64,000 nt of DNA from Dehalococcoidia bacterium (GTDB lineage Bacteria; Chloroflexota; Dehalococcoidia; Lucifugimonadales; UBA3495), in the NCBI GenBank assembly GCA_034423195.1, contig DAOUIZ010000066.1:95740-159739 (forward strand), given 5' to 3'. Of the stretch, positions 28,364 to 36,168 are shown in pieces; position 1 is the stretch's first letter, and each line of letters begins with the position of its first letter. A model generated the notes under the pieces. That model had not been told where the DNA came from. It searched no databases and saw only the letters and a list, made by a program, of their open reading frames with translations. The translations under genes were made by a program, and so were the position numbers.

Positions 28364-28729
28364 ATGAACCGTCGGCCCCGTACCGGCGGGGCACGGTTGG
28401 AGGATGATCGGCCAACGCCTATGCTGGAACACTTGGGAATCCGCTGGGGGTACGTTTTTTTGCGCTCCGCCTCATCCATGGCCGGGGAAGACGTCAAATA
28501 CCTGATGACCCAGGCCGTGGAGATGTACCTGGAGGGGGAGGACCAGCGGAACATCCGCGGGTCCAACTTCGAGGGCAGGCTGACCACCGAGGCCAGGTAT
28601 GAACTCCTGGGAGAGTTCGGCGGCCAGCGGTTCGACGCTGAAATAGAGTCCATCTACGGAAGGGACAGCGCGACCTTCCTGGTCAGCGAGCAGACCCGGG
28701 GCGTGGGCAACGCCATCTCCCTGAACTGA
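28364..28729 (+). CDS. hypothetical protein (start uncertain)
   Basis: The C-terminal ~85 codons have typical GC3-rich usage, but the N-terminal part looks less coding-like. No recognisable motif. Confidence 0.4.
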   Translation: MNRRPRTGGARLEDDRPTPMLEHLGIRWGYVFLRSASSMAGEDVKYLMTQAVEMYLEGEDQRNIRGSNFEGRLTTEARYELLGEFGGQRFDAEIESIYGRDSATFLVSEQTRGVGNAISLN

Positions 28730-28854
28730 CCCCCGGATTCCCTCCGGGTCAACCCGGAGGACGTTCCCGCAGCATCCCCGTCCCGCCGCCGGTTGCTGGG
28801 TCCGGTTGTGCTAAAATCAGGCCAATAGAAGATGCTGCCTTAGGAGATGTTGCC

Positions 28855-30243
28855 TTGGTTACTGCGAACGATATATCGACCGAAATTTCCCTGTTGGCCC
28901 ACCTGATGCGCCGGGCCGGCTTCAGCGCCCGCCGTGAAGAACTGGAACGATACCAGGCCCAGGGGTACGACGCCACCGTAGATTGGCTGCTAAACCCCGC
29001 TGAGGACGACGGCATCGACCAGGACATCGTGGAACGCTACTACATAGACATCGACGACCTGCGTAACAATGACCCCACCAACGCCTGGTGGCTGTACCGC
29101 ATGATCAACACCGCCAATCCTCTGCAGGAGAAAATGGCCCTCTTTTGGCACGGGCTCTTCGCCACGGCCTACGAGAAAATCGAGAACGGGCGGGCGGTGG
29201 CCTCCCAGATTCAGACCTTCCGGCGCCTGGGATTGGGCAACTTCCGCACCATGCTGGTCGAGCTTTCCCGGGACCCGGCCATGATTATCTGGCTGGACAA
29301 CGACACCAACCACCGGGAAGCCCTGAACGAAAACTACGGTAGAGAGCTGCTGGAGCTGTTCTCCATGGGCGTCGGCAACTACACCGAGGACGACGTCAAG
29401 GAGTGCGCCCGGGCCTTCACCGGGTGGACCATCGCCAACCGCAACGCCCGCTACCCCTGGGGACCCTTCCCGCTGGAGTTCGAGTACCGTCCCTGGGACC
29501 ACGATGACTCGGTGAAGACCTTCCTGGGGGAACAGGGACGCTTCAACGGGGAGGACATCATTGACATTATCGTCAAGCAGCCGGCCACCGGGCGGTTCAT
29601 CGCCGAGAAGCTCTACAATTTCTTCGTGTCCGACGAACCGGCCCCCGCCGATGCCATCGAGGCCCTGAGCGCCGCCTATTTCGAGTCCAACTACAACATG
29701 CAGTCCGTCATGGACGTGCTGCTCCGCTCCGGGTTCTTCAAGGACTCGGCCTATGCCAAGGTCAAGAGCCCGGCCGAAGTCGTCGCCGCCATCCTGCGGC
29801 TGGTGGGCGATTTCCAGGAACCGCGCCCCGGACTGCTGGAAACGACCTTCGAGTCCAAGTACATGGGACAGGAGCTGCTCAACCCCCCCACCGTCGAGGG
29901 ATGGCACACCGGCCGGGAGTGGATTGACAGCGGTTCGCTGGTCAGCCGGGTCAACTTCGCCTCCGACCAGGTCGGGGACCTGAACCACGTTGGCGTGCAG
30001 GATATCGTGGACCGCCTGGCTCGGAGGGACGGCACCGTAACGCCGGAGCAACTGGTCGACGGCTGCCTCGATCTCATCGGCCCGCTGCCCGTGGAGGAAA
30101 AGACCCACACATCCCTGGTGGGCAAGGCCATGAACGGCGGTCCGCTGTCCCTGGAGACCGAAGCGGACCGGGAGGAGTTCGCCCGCCGGGTTGCCGAAAT
30201 GCTCCAGCTGATAGTTGCCACCCGGGAGTTCCAGTTCTGCTGA
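28855..30243 (+). CDS. DUF1800 domain-containing protein
   Basis: 462-aa ORF with MALFWHGLFAT and WLDNDTN blocks characteristic of DUF1800. The usual DUF1501 partner is not adjacent. Confidence 0.7.
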   Translation: MVTANDISTEISLLAHLMRRAGFSARREELERYQAQGYDATVDWLLNPAEDDGIDQDIVERYYIDIDDLRNNDPTNAWWLYRMINTANPLQEKMALFWHGLFATAYEKIENGRAVASQIQTFRRLGLGNFRTMLVELSRDPAMIIWLDNDTNHREALNENYGRELLELFSMGVGNYTEDDVKECARAFTGWTIANRNARYPWGPFPLEFEYRPWDHDDSVKTFLGEQGRFNGEDIIDIIVKQPATGRFIAEKLYNFFVSDEPAPADAIEALSAAYFESNYNMQSVMDVLLRSGFFKDSAYAKVKSPAEVVAAILRLVGDFQEPRPGLLETTFESKYMGQELLNPPTVEGWHTGREWIDSGSLVSRVNFASDQVGDLNHVGVQDIVDRLARRDGTVTPEQLVDGCLDLIGPLPVEEKTHTSLVGKAMNGGPLSLETEADREEFARRVAEMLQLIVATREFQFC

Positions 30244-30270
30244 GGAGGGGTAGATATTCAGGTAAATCGA

Positions 30271-30304
30271 CAAGAATCCCATGAGCGTTATCATGGGATT
30301 CTTG
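30271..30304. terminator. bidirectional hairpin between convergent genes
   Basis: Perfect 14-bp stem CAAGAATCCCATGA / TCATGGGATTCTTG with a 6-nt loop. There is no clear U-tract. Confidence 0.5.
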
Positions 30305-30342
30305 GTTGGAATGCATGAGATAGTGTGCGATTCGGGACAATC

Positions 30343-30696
30343 CTAAAGCAATCTCTCCACCTTTTCCACGAATCGCTTTATGTCGCTAATATCTTCTTCC
30401 ACAGTCCCCGCAACCAACCTGTTCTCGTAAAAGTTTTTGTGGAGACCGTTGGCGATGTGAAAAAATCTTGTCAACTCTCTGTCGCCTGTTTCCATTCGCA
30501 AATCGTGAACGATAGCCCATAAACTGTTGTGGCTTATGTGGGGTATTTGTCGTTGTTCGGCCACAGCCTTTATCATCAGGGCCGCTGCTCCCCAAGCCTT
30601 CTCGGATGCTTGCTCCAGGTCCCCGGCCTCGAATTCCTCGCGGGCCTTGACCAAGAAAGCCTTGCTCCGATCCCTATAAGTTTGTGTTTGTTGCAT
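30343..30696 (-). CDS. PaREP1/HEPN-like four-helix protein (paralog C)
   Basis: 117-aa ORF with EQASEKAWGAAALMIKAVAEQ and LHKNFYEN, alignable to 16589 and 16966. The gene and its flanks are AT-rich: 25/60 G+C at 30343-30402 versus 40/60 at 30001-30060. Confidence 0.55.
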   Translation of the reverse strand: MQQTQTYRDRSKAFLVKAREEFEAGDLEQASEKAWGAAALMIKAVAEQRQIPHISHNSLWAIVHDLRMETGDRELTRFFHIANGLHKNFYENRLVAGTVEEDISDIKRFVEKVERLL

Positions 30697-30943
30697 GGCG
30701 AAGGACCTCTGGAGTTGAAGTGTGACAACGATAGCTTATAGTTGTTTTTCTGAATGCGAAACATTATACAATAAGGCGTACCGCTGAGGGATTACCGTTC
30801 AGTTGCGGCTGATACGTCCACAACTGTTCCACCAGTATCCCTAATTAGCAAACGGAATAAGCAAACGGAACCCCGTCCTATCTTCAACCATCGGTGGTCG
30901 GGCCAACCCGCGGGCCCCTCTGCTGTCGTGAAAGGGTGATGCC

Positions 30944-31915
30944 ATGACCACAATCGCAGCCGGGACCCGCACCTATGAGTATGACCACACCATCGGGATG
31001 GACGACTTCGCCGGTCGCGCCTTCCGCAACCTTTCCGACCTGGCCCTGGGACCGGAGGAAGTCCTGTACGTGCTGCAGCGGGGGGAACCCCTGCACCACA
31101 ACGTTTCAGTGAAGATCTGCACCGTTGGCGAGGAATGGATCGGCGACTTCGGCCGTTACGGCACTGCCCCGGGACAGATGGTCTGGCCCGCCGGCATCGC
31201 CACTGACTCCCGGCAGCGGCTGTTCGTCTCCGACGAGTGGAACCAGCGCATTTCCGTCTTCGACACCGAGGGCAGCCTGCTGGGCGAGTGGGGTGAGGCC
31301 GGTAGCGGCCCCGGCCAGTTGAAGCGCCCCTGCGGTGTGGCGGTGGACACGGAAGGAAACCTGCTGGTGGTGGACTCGGGCAACCACCGGATTCAGAGAT
31401 TCACGCCGGAAGGCCAGCTATTGGACGGGTTTGGTGAGCACGGCCAGTCACCCGGGCAGTTCAACCTGCCCTGGGGAGTGGCCGTCAACGATGCCGGCGA
31501 CATCTTCGTTACCGACTGGCGCAACGACCGTATTCAGAAGTTCACTGGCTCCGGCGATTTCGTCCTGGAGTGGGGCGAGGCGGGGAGCGGGCCGGGGCAG
31601 TTTAACCGTCCCGCCGGAATCGCGGTGGACCGGGACGGGGACGTTTACGTAGCCGACTGGCACAACGACCGGGTGCAGGTCTTCGACGCTCAGGGTGAAT
31701 ACATCACCCACTTCATCGGCGATGCCACCATGTCCACCTGGGGGGCCCAGCTGATGCTGGCCAACCCGGTCATGGAGGGCCACCGCCAGACCGCCAAGTA
31801 CCCCGAGCGGGAGGGGCGACTGTACCGCCCCCGCTCCGTCAAGGTGGACGGCGAGAACCGCATCTTCATCGTTGACTCCAACAAGGGACGCCTGCAGGTC
31901 TACCGCAAGCTCTAG
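30944..31915 (+). CDS. NHL repeat-containing beta-propeller protein
   Basis: 323-aa ORF with six repeats of the GxGPGQFxxPxGVAVDxxGxxxVxDxxNxRIQxF type. Confidence 0.85.
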   Translation: MTTIAAGTRTYEYDHTIGMDDFAGRAFRNLSDLALGPEEVLYVLQRGEPLHHNVSVKICTVGEEWIGDFGRYGTAPGQMVWPAGIATDSRQRLFVSDEWNQRISVFDTEGSLLGEWGEAGSGPGQLKRPCGVAVDTEGNLLVVDSGNHRIQRFTPEGQLLDGFGEHGQSPGQFNLPWGVAVNDAGDIFVTDWRNDRIQKFTGSGDFVLEWGEAGSGPGQFNRPAGIAVDRDGDVYVADWHNDRVQVFDAQGEYITHFIGDATMSTWGAQLMLANPVMEGHRQTAKYPEREGRLYRPRSVKVDGENRIFIVDSNKGRLQVYRKL

Positions 31916-31955
31916 CCGGTTCCTGCCCTTGGATCCTGGCCACCAACTCCTTCTT

Positions 31956-31992
31956 CAGGGGGTTTGGGGGATGCATCCCCCAACGTACCTCC
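31956..31992 (+). repeat. intergenic palindromic repeat family 2, copy 1
   Basis: CAGGGGGTTTGGGGGATGCATCCCCCAACGTACCTCC. The core TTGGGGGATGCATCCCCCAA is a perfect 20-nt palindrome. It matches the reverse complement of 47485..47521 with 3 mismatches. Confidence 0.8.
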
Positions 31993-32193
31993 CGCCCTTC
32001 CCGCGCAAACTCGGCGGCCCACCTGTTTTGCTGTCAGCCGGCCCCTTACGGACCGGCGCCCCAAGACGTATGATGGTTACATCCCTTCGCATTCGGAAGT
32101 GTGGATTCGGTGTTTCGAAGGCCCGCCCAATCCGGCAAATGGGGCAGAATGTAGCGGAATGAAGCAGGTGAAAAAGCCCGGTGGCCCTGCCCG

Positions 32194-33009
32194 CTATTCC
32201 AGGCCGTGAATCGCCTCGGCGGTCCGCCGGGCCCGTTCCGGCTCGATGGGATTCGCCACGACGCCGTCCTCTTTGAGGCTGGTCCCCACCACCGCTCCGT
32301 CAGCGTATTCCAGGAGTCCCTTGGCGTTATTTGCATCCACGCCGCTGCCCACCAGCAGCAGCCGGTCCGGTACCGCAGACCGGGCAATCCTCACATCTCC
32401 CCCGTCGGCGGGCAGGCCCGTCACCGGCCCGGTGACAATCAGCCCGTCAGCCAGCCCCCTGTAGGCGGTCTCCTTGGCCATCAGGGCCAGGTCCACCTCT
32501 CCCAATGGAACGGCGTGCTTCACCAGCACATCGGCCAGGATCCTCACATCAGCGCCCAGTGACTGGCGCAGCCGCACCGTCTCGTAGGCTTCTCCCACCA
32601 CCAGCCCCTCATCGGCGGCCATCACCCCGTAGTGTACGTTGGCCCGCACGAACCGCGCCCCAGCCGCCGCCGCAATGGACAACGCCGAGTAGGGGTCGTT
32701 GCGGAGCATGTTGATTCCCACCGGCAGATGAGTGCTTTCCACGGCCCGCTGCACCGCCAGGGTCATGCCCGCCACCGTCACCGGATCCACCCGCCCGATG
32801 CGGAAGGGCGCATCCCCGAAGTTCTCCACGATGATCCCGTCGGCCCCGGCTTCGGTCAGGATTCCAACCTCCCGCTCGGCCCGGGACAGCAGCTTGTCCA
32901 TCGACCCGCCCCACCGGGGAGACCCGGGTAGAGGCGGCAGGTGGACCACACCGATGAAGACCTTGCCGGTGGTCTGAAACAACCCTCCCGTCATACCTGC
33001 TCCTCCCAT
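32194..33009 (-). CDS. BtpA/SgcQ family TIM-barrel protein
   Basis: 271-aa ORF with FIGVVHLPPLPGSP, GADGIIVENFGDAPF and NMLRND, BtpA-family blocks. Confidence 0.8.
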   Translation of the reverse strand: MGGAGMTGGLFQTTGKVFIGVVHLPPLPGSPRWGGSMDKLLSRAEREVGILTEAGADGIIVENFGDAPFRIGRVDPVTVAGMTLAVQRAVESTHLPVGINMLRNDPYSALSIAAAAGARFVRANVHYGVMAADEGLVVGEAYETVRLRQSLGADVRILADVLVKHAVPLGEVDLALMAKETAYRGLADGLIVTGPVTGLPADGGDVRIARSAVPDRLLLVGSGVDANNAKGLLEYADGAVVGTSLKEDGVVANPIEPERARRTAEAIHGLE

Positions 33010-33836
33010 TCATCCGGCAGCCAGAGCCGGGCTGCGTCGATGATCCGCATGAACTCCACGTTGGGGAAGGACTGGATGTGGTTGATCAAGCGCTCCAGCA
33101 TCCGCAGCCTTCCGGGCCGCCCGATGTACTGGGGATGCATGGTCAGCGTGAATGCCCTCCCGTAGTGGTACAGTCCCTCGAACTCGGCGGCCCAGTTGGA
33201 GAAGACCTCATCGGGTCCCCGCATCGGCCCCAACCGATTGGCGGAAGGCGCGTAGACAAAGTTGGGGGCGTCGTCCAGCAGCCAGTGGATGGGCACCTCC
33301 ACCATCCGGCGTCCCGCCGGGTCCGTTTCCAGAAGGTAGGGAGCGTCGTCGCCCATCAGGCTGCTGTCGTAGAGGAAGCCGCGTTCCCGCATCAGGTCGA
33401 GGGAAACTTCGCTGAGTTCCCAGCCGGGGGAGCGGTACCCCACCGGAGCGGTTCCGGTGATCCCGGCCAGGATTCCGCTCCCCTTGTCGAGAACCTCGGC
33501 CTCTTCCTCCGCCGACAGGGTTGCGGGAGCCTCGTGCATGTAGCCGTGGTGGCCTATCTCGTGGCCTCGGGCGGCAATGTCCTCCACGAGCCTGGGATGG
33601 GTCTCGGCGACATAGCCGGGGATGTAGAAGCTGGCGGAAATCGAATACCGGTCCAGCAGGTCCAGTATCCGGGGAGTGGCCACGCTGGGACCGTATTCCG
33701 CCATGGACATGAGGCTGGGGAGACGGGCGAACTCCGGGTCCCGCCGGATCCATGAGGAAACTCCATCCACATCGAAAGAAAGCATGGCGGCGCACCGCAC
33801 GTCGCCGGGCCAGATACCGGACATCCCCTCCTCCAT
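32991..33836 (-). CDS. polysaccharide deacetylase family protein (PuuE-like)
   Basis: MLSFDVDG...GHEIGHHGYMHE motifs. I prefer the ATG at 33836 (MEEGMSG...) over the track start at 33986. Confidence 0.78.
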   Translation of the reverse strand: MEEGMSGIWPGDVRCAAMLSFDVDGVSSWIRRDPEFARLPSLMSMAEYGPSVATPRILDLLDRYSISASFYIPGYVAETHPRLVEDIAARGHEIGHHGYMHEAPATLSAEEEAEVLDKGSGILAGITGTAPVGYRSPGWELSEVSLDLMRERGFLYDSSLMGDDAPYLLETDPAGRRMVEVPIHWLLDDAPNFVYAPSANRLGPMRGPDEVFSNWAAEFEGLYHYGRAFTLTMHPQYIGRPGRLRMLERLINHIQSFPNVEFMRIIDAARLWLPDEWEEQV

Positions 33837-33979
33837 TGGCGCACAGGCATTGTGGCATAGTGGACTGCCGTGGGGCCTCAGCCCCACCGGGCCCAGATTC
33901 TCCGCGAATTGTAACGGACTCGGGGCGTCGGCCCAACCGGCACGGGGTTGGGAACCGGATTTTCCTGGCCGCTGGGCGC

Positions 33980-34039
33980 GTAACACCCTCGTTACAAAGA
34001 GGCAACACCCTTGTTACAAATCAGCAATAGCCGGTTAAC
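33980..34039 (+). promoter_or_regulatory. phased pentamer operator, site 1 (GlnR-box-like), upstream of amt-1
   Basis: GTAAC(33980)-n6-GTTAC(33991)-n6-GCAAC(34002)-n6-GTTAC(34013)-n6-GCAAT(34024)-n6-TTAAC(34035), in strict 11-bp register. Confidence 0.6.
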
Positions 34040-34087
34040 AACTGTTCCATAAACTCGGCATGAATTGGCCACCAAAAAGGAGGAGAT

Positions 34088-35413
34088 ATGTTACGGAGAG
34101 CCTTATTGCTGGTGATGGTGGGGTTGATGGCAGCCGGAATCCTGACCGGCTACAACCTGGCTTTCGCCCAGGACGTCACTTCGGATGCCGACAAGCTGGA
34201 CCAGGGCAACAACGTCATCTGGATGGTCGGCGCGTTCCTGGTGTTCTTCATGCAGGCCGGTTTCGCCTTCCTGGGTGCGGGACTAATCCGGAGCAAGAAC
34301 ACTACCAACTACCTGACCAAGAGCTTCATGGACTTCGCCATCGCTTCGCTGTCCTTCTGGGCGTTCGGTTTCGCCCTCATGTGGGGCACGTCGGCGGCGG
34401 GCATTGCGGGAACCACCAACTTCTTCCTGAGGGATGCCGCGGACGGACAGACCTACGTTGACTTCGTCTTCCAAATGGTCTTCGCAGGAACGGCCGCCAC
34501 CATCGTGGCTGGAGCCATGGCCGAGCGGACCAAGACCCAGACCTACCTGGCGTACAGCTTCCTGATCGGCGCAGTAATCTACCCTCTCTACGGACACTGG
34601 GTATGGGGCAGCGGCTGGCTGGGCAACCTCGAAGTCATCGGCCTGCCCGCTGCCGCTGACTACGCCGGGTCTGGCGTTGTCCACGCCGTTGGCGGCTTCC
34701 TGGCCCTGGCCGGCGCGGCCGTCGTGGGAGCGCGCAAGGGCAAGTTCAACGCCGACGGAACATCCAATATCATTCCCGGCCACAACATTCCCTTCGTGGT
34801 CATTGGAACGTTCATCCTGTTCTTTGGCTGGTTCGGGTTCAACATCAACACGGGCGACTCCATAGGACTGAATGCCATCAACACGCTGCTGGCGGGCGCG
34901 ACCGGCTCGGTGGTGGCCCTGTACATCCAGTTGGCCCGCACCGGCAAGCTGGACATTCTCATGGCCTGCAACGGCGCGCTGGCCGGACTGGTTGGAGTGA
35001 CGGCTCCGGTAGCCTTCATTGCGCCCTGGTCGGCTGTCGTGATAGGCGCCTTGGCGGCTCCGATAATGATGATCTCGGTCAGCGTCATCGAGAAGGTGTT
35101 CAAGATTGACGACCCGGTGGGGGCCATCTCGGTCCACGGCACCTGCGGCCTGTGGGGTCTCTTGGCGGTAGGAATCTTCGCCAATGGGAACAACGGAGTT
35201 ACCGGGCTGGTCGCCGGCGATTCGATGCAGATCGTTTCGCAGCTCATCAGCATGGGCGTGGTCCTCGCCTGGGCCCTGGTCACCGGCTTTGCCATGTTCC
35301 TGGCCCTGAAGGGCACCATGGGTGTGCGGGTGTCCGAAGAAGAGGAAGAGGTTGGTCTGGACGTTTCCGAGCAGGCCGTCCACACCTATCCCGAACAGCT
35401 TTCGCAGGCTTAA
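34088..35413 (+). CDS. amt: ammonium transporter (Amt family) with signal peptide
   Basis: 441-aa polytopic ORF with GGAGGAG upstream. Amt blocks are present: FMQAGFAFLGAG, DFAGSGVVH-like YAGSGVVHAVGG, VHGTCGLWG. Confidence 0.93.
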   Translation: MLRRALLLVMVGLMAAGILTGYNLAFAQDVTSDADKLDQGNNVIWMVGAFLVFFMQAGFAFLGAGLIRSKNTTNYLTKSFMDFAIASLSFWAFGFALMWGTSAAGIAGTTNFFLRDAADGQTYVDFVFQMVFAGTAATIVAGAMAERTKTQTYLAYSFLIGAVIYPLYGHWVWGSGWLGNLEVIGLPAAADYAGSGVVHAVGGFLALAGAAVVGARKGKFNADGTSNIIPGHNIPFVVIGTFILFFGWFGFNINTGDSIGLNAINTLLAGATGSVVALYIQLARTGKLDILMACNGALAGLVGVTAPVAFIAPWSAVVIGALAAPIMMISVSVIEKVFKIDDPVGAISVHGTCGLWGLLAVGIFANGNNGVTGLVAGDSMQIVSQLISMGVVLAWALVTGFAMFLALKGTMGVRVSEEEEEVGLDVSEQAVHTYPEQLSQA

Positions 35414-35442
35414 CCAAGCCCGCGTCTTACTCTCCTCATCTC

Positions 35443-35487
35443 GGGGAGCCGGAGGTTGTGGCCTCCTCCGGTTCCCCTTTCTCTCTA
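35443..35487 (+). terminator. rho-independent terminator after amt-1
   Basis: GGGGAGCCGGAGG-ttgtgg-CCTCCTCCGGTTCCCC (one mismatch) followed by TTTCTCTCT. Confidence 0.65.
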
Positions 35488-35523
35488 CCGGGGGGCTGAA
35501 GAGCGGGGAAAAGGGTCTGTTTC

Positions 35524-35561
35524 GTAACATATTGTTAACATCGGCGACAATCCTTTGTAAC
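35524..35561 (+). promoter_or_regulatory. phased pentamer operator, site 2, upstream of micro-ORF 1
   Basis: GTAAC(35524)-n6-TTAAC(35535)-n6-GACAA(35546)-n6-GTAAC(35557). Confidence 0.55.
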
Positions 35562-35620
35562 AAGTTGACGGCACAATACACCTATCGAGTTCGCTAGGAG
35601 CGCAGAGGAGTACAGGTTTA

Positions 35621-35719
35621 ATGGAAATCATCGCCGCCGCAGGAGCATTCATCGGTCTGTTCAGTCTTTGGGTAATCATTCCCAAGGTTCTGATGAAGAA
35701 GAACGCTCCAACCAAGTAG
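35621..35719 (+). CDS. micro-ORF 1: 32-aa single-TM peptide MEIIAAAGAFIGLFSLWVIIPKVLMKKNAPTK
   Basis: Below the ORF-track size cutoff. GAGGAG lies 10 nt upstream. It is a paralog of micro-ORF 2, with differences enriched at synonymous sites. It has its own operator and its own terminator. Confidence 0.6.
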   Translation: MEIIAAAGAFIGLFSLWVIIPKVLMKKNAPTK

Positions 35720-35754
35720 CCTTTCCGAGCAACATTCGTTTCCCGAGAGGTTCC

Positions 35755-35796
35755 GAAGACCGGGGACTGGCTAAGCCCCCGGTCTTCTGCCGTTTG
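35755..35796 (+). terminator. rho-independent terminator after micro-ORF 1
   Basis: GAAGACCGGGG-actggctaagc-CCCCGGTCTTC (11-bp stem) followed by TGCCGTTT. Confidence 0.65.
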
Positions 35797-35818
35797 GCGT
35801 GAGCGAGTCTCGAGAGAT

Positions 35819-35856
35819 GTAACAAAAAATTAACATCTTGGAAAACAGCATGTAAC
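35819..35856 (+). promoter_or_regulatory. phased pentamer operator, site 3, upstream of micro-ORF 2
   Basis: GTAAC(35819)-n6-TTAAC(35830)-n6-GAAAA(35841)-n6-GTAAC(35852). Confidence 0.55.
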
Positions 35857-35907
35857 ACTTGGACTGCAACATGACTTCATAACGTTTCAGCCAGGAGTTT
35901 CGCAGCA

Positions 35908-35997
35908 ATGGAGATCGCAGCCGCAGGAGCCTTCTTTGTCCTACTTTTCGCCCTTTGGGCAGTCCTGCCCGCCAGGCTGATGAAGAACCGGAAATAA
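35908..35997 (+). CDS. micro-ORF 2: 29-aa single-TM peptide MEIAAAGAFFVLLFALWAVLPARLMKNRK
   Basis: Below the ORF-track cutoff. AGGAG lies 10 nt upstream, the same spacing as for micro-ORF 1. No strong terminator precedes amt-2, only a 9-bp hairpin at 36041..36078 without a U-tract. Confidence 0.6.
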   Translation: MEIAAAGAFFVLLFALWAVLPARLMKNRK

Positions 35998-36168
35998 ACC
36001 GGACCCTTGCCTGACGGAAGACCTTAACGTACCGGCCACCCAGCCCATGTTTCCTGGTTATGCCAGCGGCATGGGCTGTAATGCGTTAAGAGGGCCATTT
36101 CCAAGAGGAGTCCGGGGCAGCGGCGCAGAGTCGGCTGTCGCGGGAGTTGAGGAGAGGAGCACTTACCC

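Noticed and set aside
28855-30243. DUF1800 gene as a sign of a DUF1800/DUF1501 pair.
   Set aside because: No DUF1501-like (Tat-signal, sulfatase-fold) ORF lies on either side, so the gene is noted only as a solitary copy.
33980-34040. Assigning the amt operators to NtcA (GTA-n8-TAC) or to TnrA/GlnR of Firmicutes (TGTNA-n7-TNACA).
   Set aside because: The spacing does not fit. The GTA...TAC spacing is 10 nt rather than 8, and the TGT..ACA span is 18 bp rather than 17. The 11-bp direct-repeat reading explains all three sites better.
34060-34461. 133-aa plus-strand ORF overlapping the amt-1 start.
   Set aside because: It is out of frame with the strongly supported Amt ORF, which has a GGAGGAG RBS. 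The translation is Arg/Gly-rich.
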